Below, in pieces: positions 47,601 to 58,856 of a DNA stretch of 64,000 nucleotides (position 1 is the first letter of the stretch; every line of letters starts with the position of its first letter). Below the pieces are notes generated by a model. It was given only the letters and a program-made list of their open reading frames with translations, did not search any database and was not told the origin of the DNA. Source of the DNA: Caecitellus pseudoparvulus (Eukaryota > Protista > Bigyra: Bicosoecida); NCBI GenBank assembly GCA_965644315.1, contig CBFFRQ010000040.1, positions 62,001 through 126,000 of the forward strand. The letters are read 5' to 3'. The position numbers were made by a program, and so were the translations under genes.

Positions 47601-49245
47601 CGCTGCCTGGTCGCGGCGAGTCGGGGGACGCAGGCACCAGCTGCATGGTGGGGGGGGGCACATCCGCGAGGCATGCACCAGGCACATCCACGAGGACGGC
47701 AGACGCCCAGGCGCGGGGAGGGGGGCACGGTCCCGGCACGAGGGGGGGTGTCGGCGGTGACTCCGCCAGTGACTCCACGACCTCTGCCCCCGCCTCCGCC
47801 TCGCCCTCCGGAGTCAGGGGCAGCAGCGTGGCGGGGACACGGGGGATGGACACCGGCGCCCACATCCAGCTCTCCAGGTCCAGGGTCCACACATCACTGA
47901 GGGCGGCACCACGAGCATCCCGCCCCCCGAACAGGAACAGACGGCTGCCGTCAGCGGCGACAGCGGCCGAGTGTCCCGAGCGGGGGGCAGGCCCGTGCAA
48001 CGCAGCATCCCACGGAGTCAATCCAGCCAAGGGTGTCACCGCCCCGTCAGGCGAGGCGCAAGCGGCGGCGGATGCAGTGGCCACAGTGGTGCGGACAGAG
48101 GGCGCCACTGTGCCTGTGGCGTGGCTGTACAGGGCCGCCGGCTTGGCTTCCACGCCCTCCGCCACCACCGCCTCCTCGGCTGACAGGGCGGCGCTGGCGG
48201 CGGACCAGGCAGCCACGGCCGCCGTGTCCACGCTGGTGGGGAGGTTGTACCACTGCTGTGAGGCGGGGAGATACACCCACGCCTCAGTGAGGGGCGCGGG
48301 CGCGTCGTCGGCGAGGGACCCCCCCAAGAGGATGAGGGCACCCCCCCCTCCGAAGGGGGCGGCATCCCCCCCCCCACTCCACTCCTCAGGCAGGGGCACG
48401 CGACCGGCCCCAGCCAGGTCAGGGTCAGCACCACCAGCACCCCCCTTCTTGCCCCCCCGCGCCTTCCCATCGCTGGCCTTCTTGCGTTTGGAGGAGCTGC
48501 GTCCAGAGGGCGGGGGCGCCTCCACACACGGCTGCAGGGCAGTCAGTGTGGCGCCATGGCGGGCGGCAGGCCACACTGGTGGCGGCGGTGTCTCGGGTTC
48601 CGCCTGGCCTCGAGGGCTCTTTCGGGACCCCTTGGGGGACGCCCGGCCCTTGCTTGCACTGGCACTGCCCGCAGCGCTGCTGTGGCTCATTGCAGTTGCC
48701 GGCCGGGGAGCGGGTGGTTGCGTGTGCACCTCCGTCTTCAGCGAAAGACTGCCAGAACTGGAGGGCACTGCGTTCACGACACACAGCGCCTGTGTGGGGC
48801 GGCGGTACGGCCCATCCCGGCGTTCACCCCCAAAGACATAAGTTGTGTTGCCGATGCTGGCGTAGGCGGCGTCTGCAGGGCAATGCGAGGCGGGAACGTG
48901 TGCGGTATTTGGTTGCGCAGTCGACGCGAGATCGCACACTCGCGCCCAGCGCCCGAGCCCCCAGCACGCACCTGCCACGTCAAGGGCGACGCGCTTCGTG
49001 TGATCACTCCACTGCACTGCCGCGGGCTGGATGGCCAGGGTCTCCTCTGCACTGGACAGCAGCGCGTCGCCCTGGACTGCGCCTGATGCCGCTCCCGTCG
49101 TGGCTGGCACGCCGCCGCAAACTGCCACTGCTGAGCCCTGTGCGTGGCTGGCCTGCACGACAAAGTGCCGGGCACGCAAAAAGGCGCCTTCCACAACGGG
49201 CAGGGGGGTGAAGGCTTGCGCCTCCAGCACCTCAGCAGCCGCCAT
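44683..49245 (-). CDS. Kelch-repeat + MORN-repeat fusion protein; probable in-frame intron 48971-48873
   Basis: Kelch blades (YVFGG, PAARHGA, PAPRSGHSA..LFLFGG..LSDVWTLD, SRYGHSL), followed by two blocks of MORN repeats (Y.G.W/F....R.G.G). Confidence 0.8.
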   Translation of the reverse strand: MAAAEVLEAQAFTPLPVVEGAFLRARHFVVQASHAQGSAVAVCGGVPATTGAASGAVQGDALLSSAEETLAIQPAAVQWSDHTKRVALDVAGACWGLGRWARVCDLASTAQPNTAHVPASHCPADAAYASIGNTTYVFGGERRDGPYRRPTQALCVVNAVPSSSGSLSLKTEVHTQPPAPRPATAMSHSSAAGSASASKGRASPKGSRKSPRGQAEPETPPPPVWPAARHGATLTALQPCVEAPPPSGRSSSKRKKASDGKARGGKKGGAGGADPDLAGAGRVPLPEEWSGGGDAAPFGGGGALILLGGSLADDAPAPLTEAWVYLPASQQWYNLPTSVDTAAVAAWSAASAALSAEEAVVAEGVEAKPAALYSHATGTVAPSVRTTVATASAAACASPDGAVTPLAGLTPWDAALHGPAPRSGHSAAVAADGSRLFLFGGRDARGAALSDVWTLDLESWMWAPVSIPRVPATLLPLTPEGEAEAGAEVVESLAESPPTPPLVPGPCPPPRAWASAVLVDVPGACLADVPPPTMQLVPASPDSPRPGSGRKGGRKGGRKRSPRDKGGRKSSPRGGSGGGASARGSLPADGDAAWAVSPHLVVYGGAGHAGAVPGDLWALDLEAGVWRHLRPHIASGQELAGSRSPADLGSRYGHSLTVMQHVRPLPPHVAKAQAEEGGGETKVGAGGDEGGVGGLLRPVPRLVVLGGVVGPSCPHPAGWAVDLHPWPPAPPLAPPSGSVADLHPVVGSDNLPAHGSGCVTFPDGTQYVGAFQDHLRGGQGRAVFANGDTYDGEWRADRPHGTGVGTWAATGSTYTGTWVGGQRSGEGTMAHPPPGVPPSWDAPLGGEHFALSPDELFSGELPEGGAPEHGPVVPGFLSPASALDWTLGSSFAISSAKEKSGGGGGGPEHPRPNGTLDTLDLSASLAELAAEGGVASSASQAPLETTLPSLGGEGGGHGASSAALGSEPAGGGGVQGGDTAPPQGPGGFTRSRPARLAPRMEEVTYTNPTDVQLKIVHEAGEALAATRLRVDLARTGVVARAGGGQSGLGVTVGATARHEVLGSPGQGLAFGGLADTVTLPRGGGRSEHAGVGGLPPPHLLTYAGQWSADCRSGQGRATYSNGDTYEGAWEGGLRSGHGIVSYGDSGRYDGQWRGDMRHGDGTEETCDGGVYEGAFAQDLRHGKGVLTEASGATYRGEFRFGKRAGIGESTTPGMDKLLAKWADDAAEGLGTVVYANGQRYNGQLERGKAHGVGTLVGPSGFTYTGHFKFGLRNGRGTETLANGSTYTGMWRQDQRSGRGESTVFAMEPPILVRKYVGEWADGVECGQGTCTWTLQGSVHPLADGRQALKPDLSTLSRHTASVGAGEVEVLDGDWGDVYTGHWRGGAMHGQGKMQYRGTGEQSVYTGEWAHGLRHGQGVLERSVQSTGGDGLEGLVSYAGEWEKGCMTGQGRAVYVDGSEYEGGFLEGQWHGPGAIRHPNGDVYTGHFDNGCKVGAGHLQRAQAAASPTADAAHSAESKEG

Positions 49246-49410
49246 GGCAGGGTGCGCTGGCGTGGTGAAGCTCGCAGCAAAACCCACTGCCGGACGCTGC
49301 ACAACGCGGCAACAAACGTGGCAGACTGCGGCTTCGTCGCTCATCTGCCTGCCAGTACATGCCTCCTCAGTATACTGTGTTCATTTTGACCTGCGCCCCT
49401 GCACTGTCAG

Positions 49411-51463
49411 TCACTGTGCCGGCTGCTGCAGCATGGGGCTGGCGTGGGCGGCCCACAACTCGGCATACCGCCCCCCCTCCTGCAGCAACGCTTCGTGGGC
49501 CCCTGCTTGCACCAGCTCCCCTGCATCCAGCACCAGAACTTTGTCTGCCTCCTGTGCCATCTGCAGTCTGTGGGCGATGAGCAGGCAGACTGCGCCGGTG
49601 CGTTGCACGGCCTCGCGCACGCTGGCCATGACTGTCTGCTGCGTTTCACTGTCCAGCGCGGACGTGGCTTCGTCTAGAATCAGCAGGCGGGGCTTGCGCA
49701 GGAGGGCCCGTGCGATGGCGAGGCGTTGCCGCTCCCCCCCGCTGATGCTGGCGCCGCCGCCAACCACCGGCGTGTCAAGGCCGTTCGGCTGTGCTGCCAA
49801 CCAGGCGCCCAAACCAGCTGCTTCCACTGCAGCAGTCACCTCGCTGTCAGTGGCCTGGGGACTGCCCAGGGCGATGTTCTGGCGCAGGGTGGTGTTCAGC
49901 AGGCACGCGTCCTGCGGCACCCACGCCACCAGCTTCCGCACCTGTGCCTCACTCAAGCTGCCCAAGCACTGCCCGTCCAGCGACATGCGCCCTCGGAGAA
50001 TGGGCCAGAAACGCAGCAAAACGTGCACAATGGTGCTCTTGCCCGCCCCAGAACTGCCCACCAGCGCAGTGATCTTGCCTGGCTCGGCGGTGAAGGTGAC
50101 GTCTTTGAGGCGTTTCGGTGACCCGCTGACATCGTAGCTCTGCTGCACGCCCTGCAGGGCCAGCCCCAGCGCAGCGCCAGGGGTGCTTTCTGCAGTGGGC
50201 ACGGCTGCTTTCGGCAGTGGCTGCTGCAGGAGGTCCGCCAGGGCCTCCATGGCCGCTGCCTGGCCGACAAGTTGTGTGAGCATGTCAGGCAGCCATGCGA
50301 TGGGTTCAAACGCCCCGCGCACCATGCCGATGATGGTCAGGAAGGCCCCCGCGGAGAGGGTGCCAGAGTGCATGAGTTGAGCTGCCGCCAGCATGGCCAC
50401 GAGCTGCGTGGCGCGCACAATGGCCTCTTTGGCCACGTTGCTGTTGGCTTGCGTCTGCTTCGACTGCGACAGCGTCTGCCACGTTGCGTGCAGCGCGTCG
50501 CCATACGCCGCCACCTGGTCCTCCTCTGCGCCGTACGCAGAGATGAGGGGCACGTTCTGCAGGCAATTCAGCAGGAATGAGCCTGCCTTGTTGCGGTGCC
50601 CCTTCAGGCTGCGGAAGAACGGCCGCTGCGCTTCGGAGGATCGGCTGGTGAAGTGCACAAACGCAGCGAGGCCCGCGGCCAGGAACGCCGCTGCCACGCC
50701 AGACCCATGCCATGTCGCAAGCAACACGATGGTCCCCAGTGTCTCCAGCGCCACTGGCAGCAAGCGCAGGAGCAGCATGTCAGACGCCTTTTGAGCGGCG
50801 TGGGCGCCTGCCTCGGCCGTCTGCTTCAGCGTCTCCGCGTCGGAGGTGACGTGGAAAGGCACGCCCAGAGCCAGCATGTGCTGGAAGGAGCGCTGGTGCA
50901 GGGCCATGCTGGCCTTGCTCTGCACCTGCGTCAGCGCCCAGCGCTGCACCTCCCGAAACACGACGGCCAGGACGGCCGCAGAGAACCAGAGCAGGAGCGA
51001 CGTGAAGCAGGAGTTGCCGTGCATGAGGTCATCCAGGGCTTGCCCGAGGAAGCTGTGGTGTGCCAGACGCAGCGCCTGTGCGGGGGTTCACCAGTGAGCA
51101 GTGTTTGTGCGAGGCAGGCTGGCGTTTCATGTCGACACTCACCTTGCTCGCAAACAGCGCCACTGTGACGAGGAGGGGGAACCATGTCGACGCAGAGGAG
51201 GTGGGGAAGATGAAGGGGTGCAGTACGCTCCACACTGCCTTCCAGTTCGTGTGCCCCGCGCCCTTCATGGCACTGCAGCAATTGGCAAGCGCTTCGCCTA
51301 GCGTTTCACGCAGTTCAAGCCTACCGTTTCCCGGAGCTGCTTGCGCCAACTGTGCGGCACGATCGCGCCGATCAAGACATGCAAGCAATAGCACAGAGGC
51401 CGTCCTCGCCTCATCCAAGTTCTCACACGCATAACGCAGTTTGAGCTGCCATTCAGACTGCAT
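49411..51463 (-). CDS. ABCB half-transporter (ATM1/HMT1/ABCB6-like); intron 51142-51076; start 51463 or 51268
   Basis: TMD followed by an NBD with Walker A GSSGAGKST, Q-loop VPQD, signature ISGGERQR, Walker B ILDEATSALD and H-loop IAHRL. Confidence 0.85.
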
Positions 51464-51481
51464 TGCCCCCACACTGGCCCA

Positions 51482-54400
51482 TCACTCTGGCACAGACAAG
51501 GAGTTGCCGGCATCGCGCAGCAGCCTCCCGTGCGTCAGCGCCTCTGGCTGCGCGAACAGCACAGCCTGCCAGGCAAACGCCGCGTCGCGCTGCATGGCAC
51601 CCCACACGGCGCCGCCCGTGTCAGCGGTTGGCAGGGGCACGTCACGCCGAGCACGCGCCTCGGCTGCTGCGACCTGCTCCGCAATGTCCTCCGGGACCAC
51701 CTCGCTCGTCAACTCCCGCCACCCCAGTGCACGCAACGCGAACTCCTCGCGCCCGTTGAACGCCAGGTGGGCTGCGGAGGGGCCGTCGCCGCCGCCATCT
51801 GCAACCTCCTCCTCCTCGCCCTCTGCGACCACCACAGCCTCGCCCACGACGACGGCAGAGCCGGCCTGCCCGCCAGCTGTCCCGCATGGCACCGCCGCTC
51901 GCAGGGCCTTGGCCCGGGCCAGAATGGCCTCCCCGGTCTCGCCAGGCCCCGAGCACGCCAGCTCCCGCCACACTGCGCCAGGGCACGTGCGCACCAGCTC
52001 GCGCCAGCGGGCAGTGGCAATGGAGCCCAGAGCCACCAAGGCAGCCTTTTCCGCCTCGCCAGACACTTGCGTGGAGGCGGCCGTCTGCAGCGTGTCACAC
52101 ACGGCTGCCAGCACTGTGCGTACAGCTGAAACGGCGGCGTAACGCGCGGCGGCCGCGCGCTGCGTCAGGACCACTTGCTCTTCCTCGGCGTGTGCCTTGT
52201 TCTCAGCTGCGTCGGCGTCTTCCAGGATGAAGCCTTGGAACTCTGTGCGCCCAGCCTGCGGCGGTGGCTGGCTGCTCGCCCCGCCCTCGCCCACCACGAC
52301 AGCGGCAGAGTCACCCCCCTCCACCTGCTCGCTGGCCTCGGCCGCTGGGGCGGCCTGGGCCTGCAGGGTGCGGTTCACGTCAGCGAGGATGTCACAGGTG
52401 ACCCACAGGTCCGCCACAGTGCCGGCATCCTCCGCCAACGCATGCCCCAGCACGTCGTGCATGCAGGCCCAAGTGTCGTACGGCGCGACAGCCTGCAGCG
52501 TGTGCAGGGCAGCAGGGGGTGCGCTGCCGTCTGGCAGGGCGTCCAGGGAGCGGATGGAGGAGCTGGCGCCGTGGCGGGCCAGCCAGGCCAGGGCGTGGGA
52601 GGGCAGCAGCACGCCTGCCTCCAACCACACCGCCAGCACTTCCGACACCATGTGTGTGGACCCCGACTCCATGGCCAGCACGCCAGGGTCTTCGCCCGGC
52701 CCGCCACCACACCATGTGCCAAAGAGGCCCTGCAGCGCCGCCGCCACGCCGGCCTCGGCGGCGTCAGCGTGGGAAATCAACGCCTGTGCGTTTGCAACTT
52801 CCGCACCCCCCTGCACGGGCTCAGCGGGAGCGCCACGCAGCAGCCAGCGCAGCGTGCCGGCATACCGAGCCGTAAGAGTCTCGGCATGGCGCAGAGTCGC
52901 GCGTCCGTGGATGCCCAGGCACATGATGAACAGGCGCAGGACGCAGCGGGCACGCTCAGCCACGTCTGTCGGCAGCGGGCTGCGTGAGACCTCTGGCCCA
53001 GCATCGGCCTTGCGGGCGGGAATGGTGGGCAGGGCGTCGCCCCCCGCCACCACTGCGTCGGCGCCTTCCTCGCCCTGGGTGCCGGCTGGCGGGGCGTCGC
53101 TGCTGCCTGGCGGCTGGGACGTCACGAGGTGCTGCAGCCACTGCGCCATGGGCGCATCTTGCACCTTGGCCCGCAGGCGCATGAAAATCAGCGTGCAGGC
53201 GTCAGCGACGTCGCGTGCGAGGGCAGAGGGCGCCAAAGCTGCGCCTTCTGAGCGCAGTTCAGGGGGCAGGATGGCCCGAGCGCCCATGTCGGTGAGCATG
53301 GAGGGGTGCACGAGCGAGGAAAACGCCACGGGCGGGTGTGGCACGGCATGGCGCACGGACGGCGGCATGACGGTGCCAATGGTGCTGCCACGCATGTACG
53401 TGCCCAGCAAAGCACAGGCACGGTCCAGACTGGCGCGGACGAAGCGCCTGTGCGGCTGCGCGAAGTCCAGCGGCAGCGGCGCGAGGGGGTGGTCAGCAGG
53501 CGTCGTTTCCGCCACCAACGCAGCGTCCCACTCGTCCCAGAACCACGCGAACTCCATGCAGGAGATGAAGTGGGAGAGCCAGTCGGCGATGGCAGCGCCG
53601 ACATCGTCGCCCAGCTGCCCTTCCTGCAGCCGCTTGTACGCGACACGCATGCACATGCCGACGGCTTCCAGTGACGGCGGCGTTTCGTCCCCTGCCACGT
53701 CAGCGTCGTCGGCGCCCTGTGCGTGCACGTCGGCGACGATGAGGTCCAGCAAAAAAGACGTGTAGTACAGGGATTCGAACCGCCGCCGAGGCGCCGGCAG
53801 CAGCGCGCACTCCATGGCCACTGCCGCCGCAACGCCGGTGATGGGGAACGGCGTGGCCATGGTCATGACTGCAGCGGCAGCATCGGCATGCAGCGGGTGG
53901 TGCGTCACCAGCACGTCCACCACCCAGTCCCGAGCCATGAGCAGCCATGCTGGGTGGCGTGCGGCCTCGGCCAACTGCAGGCGCTGCAAAATGCTGGCGC
54001 CAGTGCTCAGCACGCAGGGGGAAGGTGTGACTCCGAAGAAACGCGCTGCAGGCAGCCCAAGGAACGCGCCTGCCAGCGCAGCAGCTGTCAGCTGCGCAGG
54101 GTGGCTGGTTTGCGCAGTGGTGGAGTCGTCCCCGATGACGACGCCTTGTGTGGGTGCGGCGTTGTGAGCGATGATGCCGACTGAGAAATCGGTGGGTGCT
54201 CCCCACACGCCGCCCTGCATCGCAGACGGCGCAGGCAGCGGCAGCGGCGGCAGCGGCGTGGGCAGCTGCCCCGGTTCTGTGGACATGAGGTGCTGTTCCA
54301 CGAGGGGCGTGAGGCGGTCAATGGGGGGACACGCCTCTCCCTCCCACCCCAGCTCAGCCTGGCTCGTGAGCGTGTGAGTCAACTCCAGCAACGCCAGGCG

Positions 54401-55316
54401 CGCCGCGCCCAGGGCGTCGGCAGCGTCACTGCCAGACAGCCACGCCGCGGGGGACGGCGCCAGCGGGCTGAGGACAGACCCCACACCTGCCAGCTGCGTC
54501 GCCTGGCTGCCTTCCGCCGCGCCCAGCGGATCGGCCAGCGTGCCCTGCACGGCAGAGAGCAGGGCGGCGGTGTGGCCCCCAGGCGCCAGGATGTGCCCGC
54601 ACCACACCAGCATCATGCCCACGGCGTAGTGTGCCAGGACAGACACTGCCCGCGGCCCCGCGGCGGCGGCTTGCAGCAGGGCTGTGGCAAATGCTGCCAG
54701 GGCGCTGGGCGACACCAGGCCCACGACGCCAGCCTCGCCCAGGAAGCGCATGAACATCTTGCAGCCCAGCACGTCGCCGGAGCGGAGGGCGTCCTGCAAA
54801 GCGTCCACTGTGGCCTGTAAGAACTGGCCCACGAAGTGCTTGTCGGCGAGGCTGCCTGGCGCGTCGGCCCTGCTGCGCAGCAGTGCCAGCAGCAGGGCAT
54901 ATTCCGCAGTCCGGGCCGGGAACTCCCGAATGCTGCGCAGGCGAGGGGACGCAGGGGTGCAGCGTGCAAGTAGAGTATTTTAATCACATTTACTCTGCTT
55001 GCAGCACGTTCTGCGCCCTTGGCACGCACCATGTGAGCAGGGTGTCCCGTACAAATGCCGGCGCCTCCAACACAGCTGCCTCAATGTCCGCTGTCTGCGC
55101 CAGCAGCGCTTCGGAGGGCGGCGAGCCGTCGATGGACTGCCCAATCAACAGCAGAGCCTTGCGCACTGCCCGTTCATCCGTCGTCTGCTTTAAGTCCCCT
55201 TCAATGCACGCCAGCAGGGCGTCTGTGCTTCCGTACTTGCGGTAGCGCTTGTGCACGGGCTTGCCGGCGCCGTACACTGGCGCTGGCCCGCCAAGGGCTG
55301 GAGCTGGCGTGGCCAT
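51482..55316 (-). CDS. NCBP1: Nuclear cap-binding protein subunit 1 (CBP80), divergent; intron 55029-54933 (1245 aa)
   Basis: CIREFPARTAEYALLLALL resembles the MIF4G P.K..IY..L.GL segment. Also KMFMRFL, LYYTSFLLDL, and WLSHFISCMEFAWFWDEW, which matches CBP80 WFSHHLSNFQFRWSWEDW. Confidence 0.8.
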
Positions 55317-55466
55317 GCCGCGTGGGGCTGGGGCAGAGCGGAGACCAGGGGCACGAAGGACGCCTGCTGCCCTCGACTGGTCTTCGGACGGGTGGTGCGG
55401 GGCTTTGAAAGTGCATTGGAAGGGTTGCCTGTGGAGAGGGAGCGACAACCCACCCTCCCCCCACGA

Positions 55467-58044
55467 CTACTTGCTCAGCTGCGCCAGCTGCGCCAGGAAC
55501 TGCTCCGCGCACAGCAGCTCCGTGCAGCCGTACATGGCATACTTGGCGCCTGGGGCGTCGGAAGCACCCCCCCCTGCGCCGTGGCTGCCTGGGCCGCTGG
55601 CGTGTGCGGCGCCAGAACTGCTCTTCCGTCGCGAGGCCCACTTGTGGACATCGTAATACTCTGACTGTGTTCCGCCTCCCACCACGAACACGATGAGGCC
55701 CCCGTCTGTGTGGGGCCGCGCAGAGGGCGGCGTGGGTCCCGGCGTGTTGGCCAGCGGGTCCAGGACCATGGAGGAGCCCCCCCCCCTGGGGGACGCACCC
55801 CCCCCCAGGGCAGGGTGGTCCTTCCCATCAGCCAGCGCGGACGCTATGCCCGTCATGAGGCTGTGGCTCTCCAGGCCCATCAGGCCCTTCACGCCCGCCA
55901 CAGCTGCCGCAGCGGCCTGGGATAGGTGACCCGTCAAATCACTCCAGAACGCCGCCCCCCCTCCGCTGGAGCCAGGTGCAGTGCCCTTGCTGCGCACAGT
56001 GCGGGCGCCGCCCACAGTGGCTGCCATGGCGCGGTGGGCGGCCAGATACGACAGGGCGGCGATGCCACGTGTCACTTCCTCGGGGGCGGGTGCAGGGGGA
56101 GGCGCCAGGTCCACTGCCTGGTCGTCCCCTGCTCCAGCAGCCGCCTCGTCCGCCGCCTCGCCACCGCCGCCGCCGCCCCACAAGGCACCAGACAGGAAAC
56201 CGCCTGCTGACCCGGAGCCGGCCGCTGCTGCAGCTGCACAGGCAGCTGTGTGGGCTTCGCCTGACGCGCGGAGGATGGCTGCCACTTCACTGAATGCGCG
56301 CTGGGCGGGGGTGCGGTCTGACGGGGACCAGGTTGGAGCGGGGGCATCTGGGGACGGGTTGGCGGGTGACGGCGGCACAGCGCCGATGGGGGCGGCGTCC
56401 GCAGACAGCAGGAACATGGCCGCAACGCGAACACGGTCCATGAAGGCGCCCTTGCCACGGGTCACGGTGCCCAGGTTCACGCCACTGTTCGGGGATGCGC
56501 CGGCCTTGGCTGCTGCCTTGACCCGCGTCATTTCCTCCTGGGGCACGCCCAGCAGGGGGTACACACGCGCAGCGGTGGGCGTGTCCTCCGCCTCGTAGAA
56601 CAGCGGAATCTCCCGCGACGTGACGATCTGCGGAGCGGGGAGCGGGGGGGTGTGGGGTGTGGTCTGGGTGCGTGCTCAGCCGCACTGTGCGCCACGCACA
56701 TCCATGAGTGCCTGCAGCAGCTTCGTGTGGCTCTGCAGCTGTGCCTTGCGCCGCAGGAGGGCCGGTAGGCCGTCCATGGCACTGGCCAGGCCCGTCGTGT
56801 TCACCAGCGTGTCACCCTCCGTCTCCGCCTCGCCGGCGGTGTGGCGCAATTTCCGCTCCTCCGCCACGAGCGCCTTCAACTGGGCGTCGTTGCCCTCGAT
56901 GGCGCCAGGCAGCGGCGCGGCGGAGAATTCCTCCCAAAACGCATCAGTTCGCACGTCCAGGTCCACTGCCTCGCCCCTGGCGCCAGCGCCTGCGTCTGCT
57001 GAAGGCGGAATGCGCGCTCGATTGCCCTTCAACCCCAGCGTGTCAGCGATGAAACCGCCGTAGGAGCTGGGGTGCGTCAGCATGCTGCACAGGTCCAAGG
57101 ACCGGTCCAGCAGCAGGAGCAGGGGGCGCTCCACGCGCACGTGCCCCGTCACTGCCGAGGCGGCAGTGGGGTGGGCAGCCCCGAACACACTGTCCCGTGC
57201 AATGCCCCCCCCGTCCTCCGCCACACAGGCACGCAGCATGGCGGCCAACTGCTGCGCGACGGCCATCTCCGGGCCCCGTGTCGTGGCCTGGATGACGGGG
57301 ACGACGCCGAGGGTGACGCAGACACAGAGCAATTGCTGGGCAATTGCGTGGGTCGCCGCCATCACCTCCTCCTTGCCCTGCCCCGGCCGGTGCAGGTCCG
57401 CGAAGGCCGCCGGCTGAGCCAGGCTGAACAGGTCTGAGCCCAGGGTGACGAAGTCATTGTAACGGTCCACCACGCGCGCCAGGAGGCTTGACGCGTTGGC
57501 CGCCACCATCTGCTGCGCCAGAGACTGCAGCGTGCTGCGCGCGATGGGCTGTGTGAAGTACACGTACTGCGCCTTGTACCGGCGTGCGGCGGCGTCTGCT
57601 GCGATGGCGGCGACGTTCTCCGGCGTGGGCCGCAGGAAGTACACTGCGGGGACATCTGGGATGCCATCACGCGCGTCGGACACCACGGCGTGCAACGTCA
57701 CTCCTGCGCCGAGAGTGGCGGGGTGCACGTGACGGGGAGCGAGGTTGAGCGGTGCCCATGCGCTGGCATGCTGGGCCAGTGCCACGCACCGTGCTTGCGC
57801 AGGTCACCGATGCGCATCAAGGGGCTGATGATGTCTCGACCCGTGGCGTCGTACACCAGCACCTTCCACTCGTCACTCCATTCGGACTCCTCGCCACCCC
57901 CTGGCTGTGCCTTGAGCGTCAGCATAGCCGCCACGGTTGCTGCGATGCGGAAGTTGCCAGTCACGTGGCCAGACCGCCTGCGCTGCCAGTCGCCACCACC
58001 GCGCACTCCGCACCTGCGTGGGCATCCTGGAGAGAGAGAGCCAT
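55467..58044 (-). CDS. SLY1: Sec1/Munc18-family SLY1; introns 58013-57940, 57789-57704, 56699-56628
   Basis: MALSLQ..MLTL, WKVLVYD..GRDIISPL...DLRKHGVTLH, IPDVPAVYF..PT.EN, RPLLLLLDRSLDL, D.FW, IVFVVGGG...EY, YGCTEL. Confidence 0.93.
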
Positions 58045-58856
58045 GCTTGATAACCTGTCCTGTGCTGTGTGGAGTCACCTGTGCCAAACCCTATCGCCAG
58101 GCCTCGGCAAGCGCAGCCAGCCACGGCTAACCTGCAGCGAGTGCTGCCTCGGCCCCTGGCCGCTGCTGCTGTGCTGAAGCTGCGCAGAGGGCAGCGTGGG
58201 CAATTCCCTGGTCAGTATAGTAGGAATTGGGCGTGCTTGGCCGTGGGGTGCTTGTTTTGTACATTCTGGACCACTTCAGCCCTGCAATGGTGAAACTCGC
58301 TCCGCTAAAAGACAAGGCTCCTGTGCAGAAGACGATGCGTGGTTAATTCAATCCGAAGATGCACCGAAGGTGACTCTTAAGAAAACAGACTTCTCAGTCG
58401 ACCACATCCTCTCCCAAACAATCTTTTGTTTTGCGTTACGTTGCATTGCATTGAAGCTCTCAACAAACTAAATCTTCACAATCTGGCGATCATGCTCTGG
58501 GTACTGCTGCGTCGCACCACGCACAGCGGCGCTTGAATGACCCCGTCACTGTGAAACCTTCCTTCGTGCGCAGCGCAGCAGGCACTTACTCTGCATGCCG
58601 CAACCGCAGTGCCGGCGCTGAGAGCCGGACACGTAGTGCGTTGTGAAACGCAGCGGCAGGCCTCTGTCATCACGCCAACGGCTGAGGTCGTCGCCCGCGG
58701 GAGTCAGCCCCCTTCACCCTCGCGAGTCACACAGGTTTGACTGAAACGCCACTTTCACCTCCCCGTCTGGTCCATGCTGCACGTTGTTGCTCGGCAGCGT
58801 GCAAGCTGCAGCGCACAGCCCTGCCAAGCCGTGGTGCTTTGCACCCACCGCTCGCG

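Noticed and set aside
45950-48460. Numerous G/C homopolymer runs (possible G-quadruplex or slippage sites)
   Set aside because: Explained by Gly/Pro-rich coding sequence; the reading frame stays intact.
58201-58229. Minus-strand ACTATACTGACCAGGGA resembling the U3 snoRNA 5' end
   Set aside because: Box A (GGATCATTTCT) and properly ordered C', B, C and D boxes are absent.
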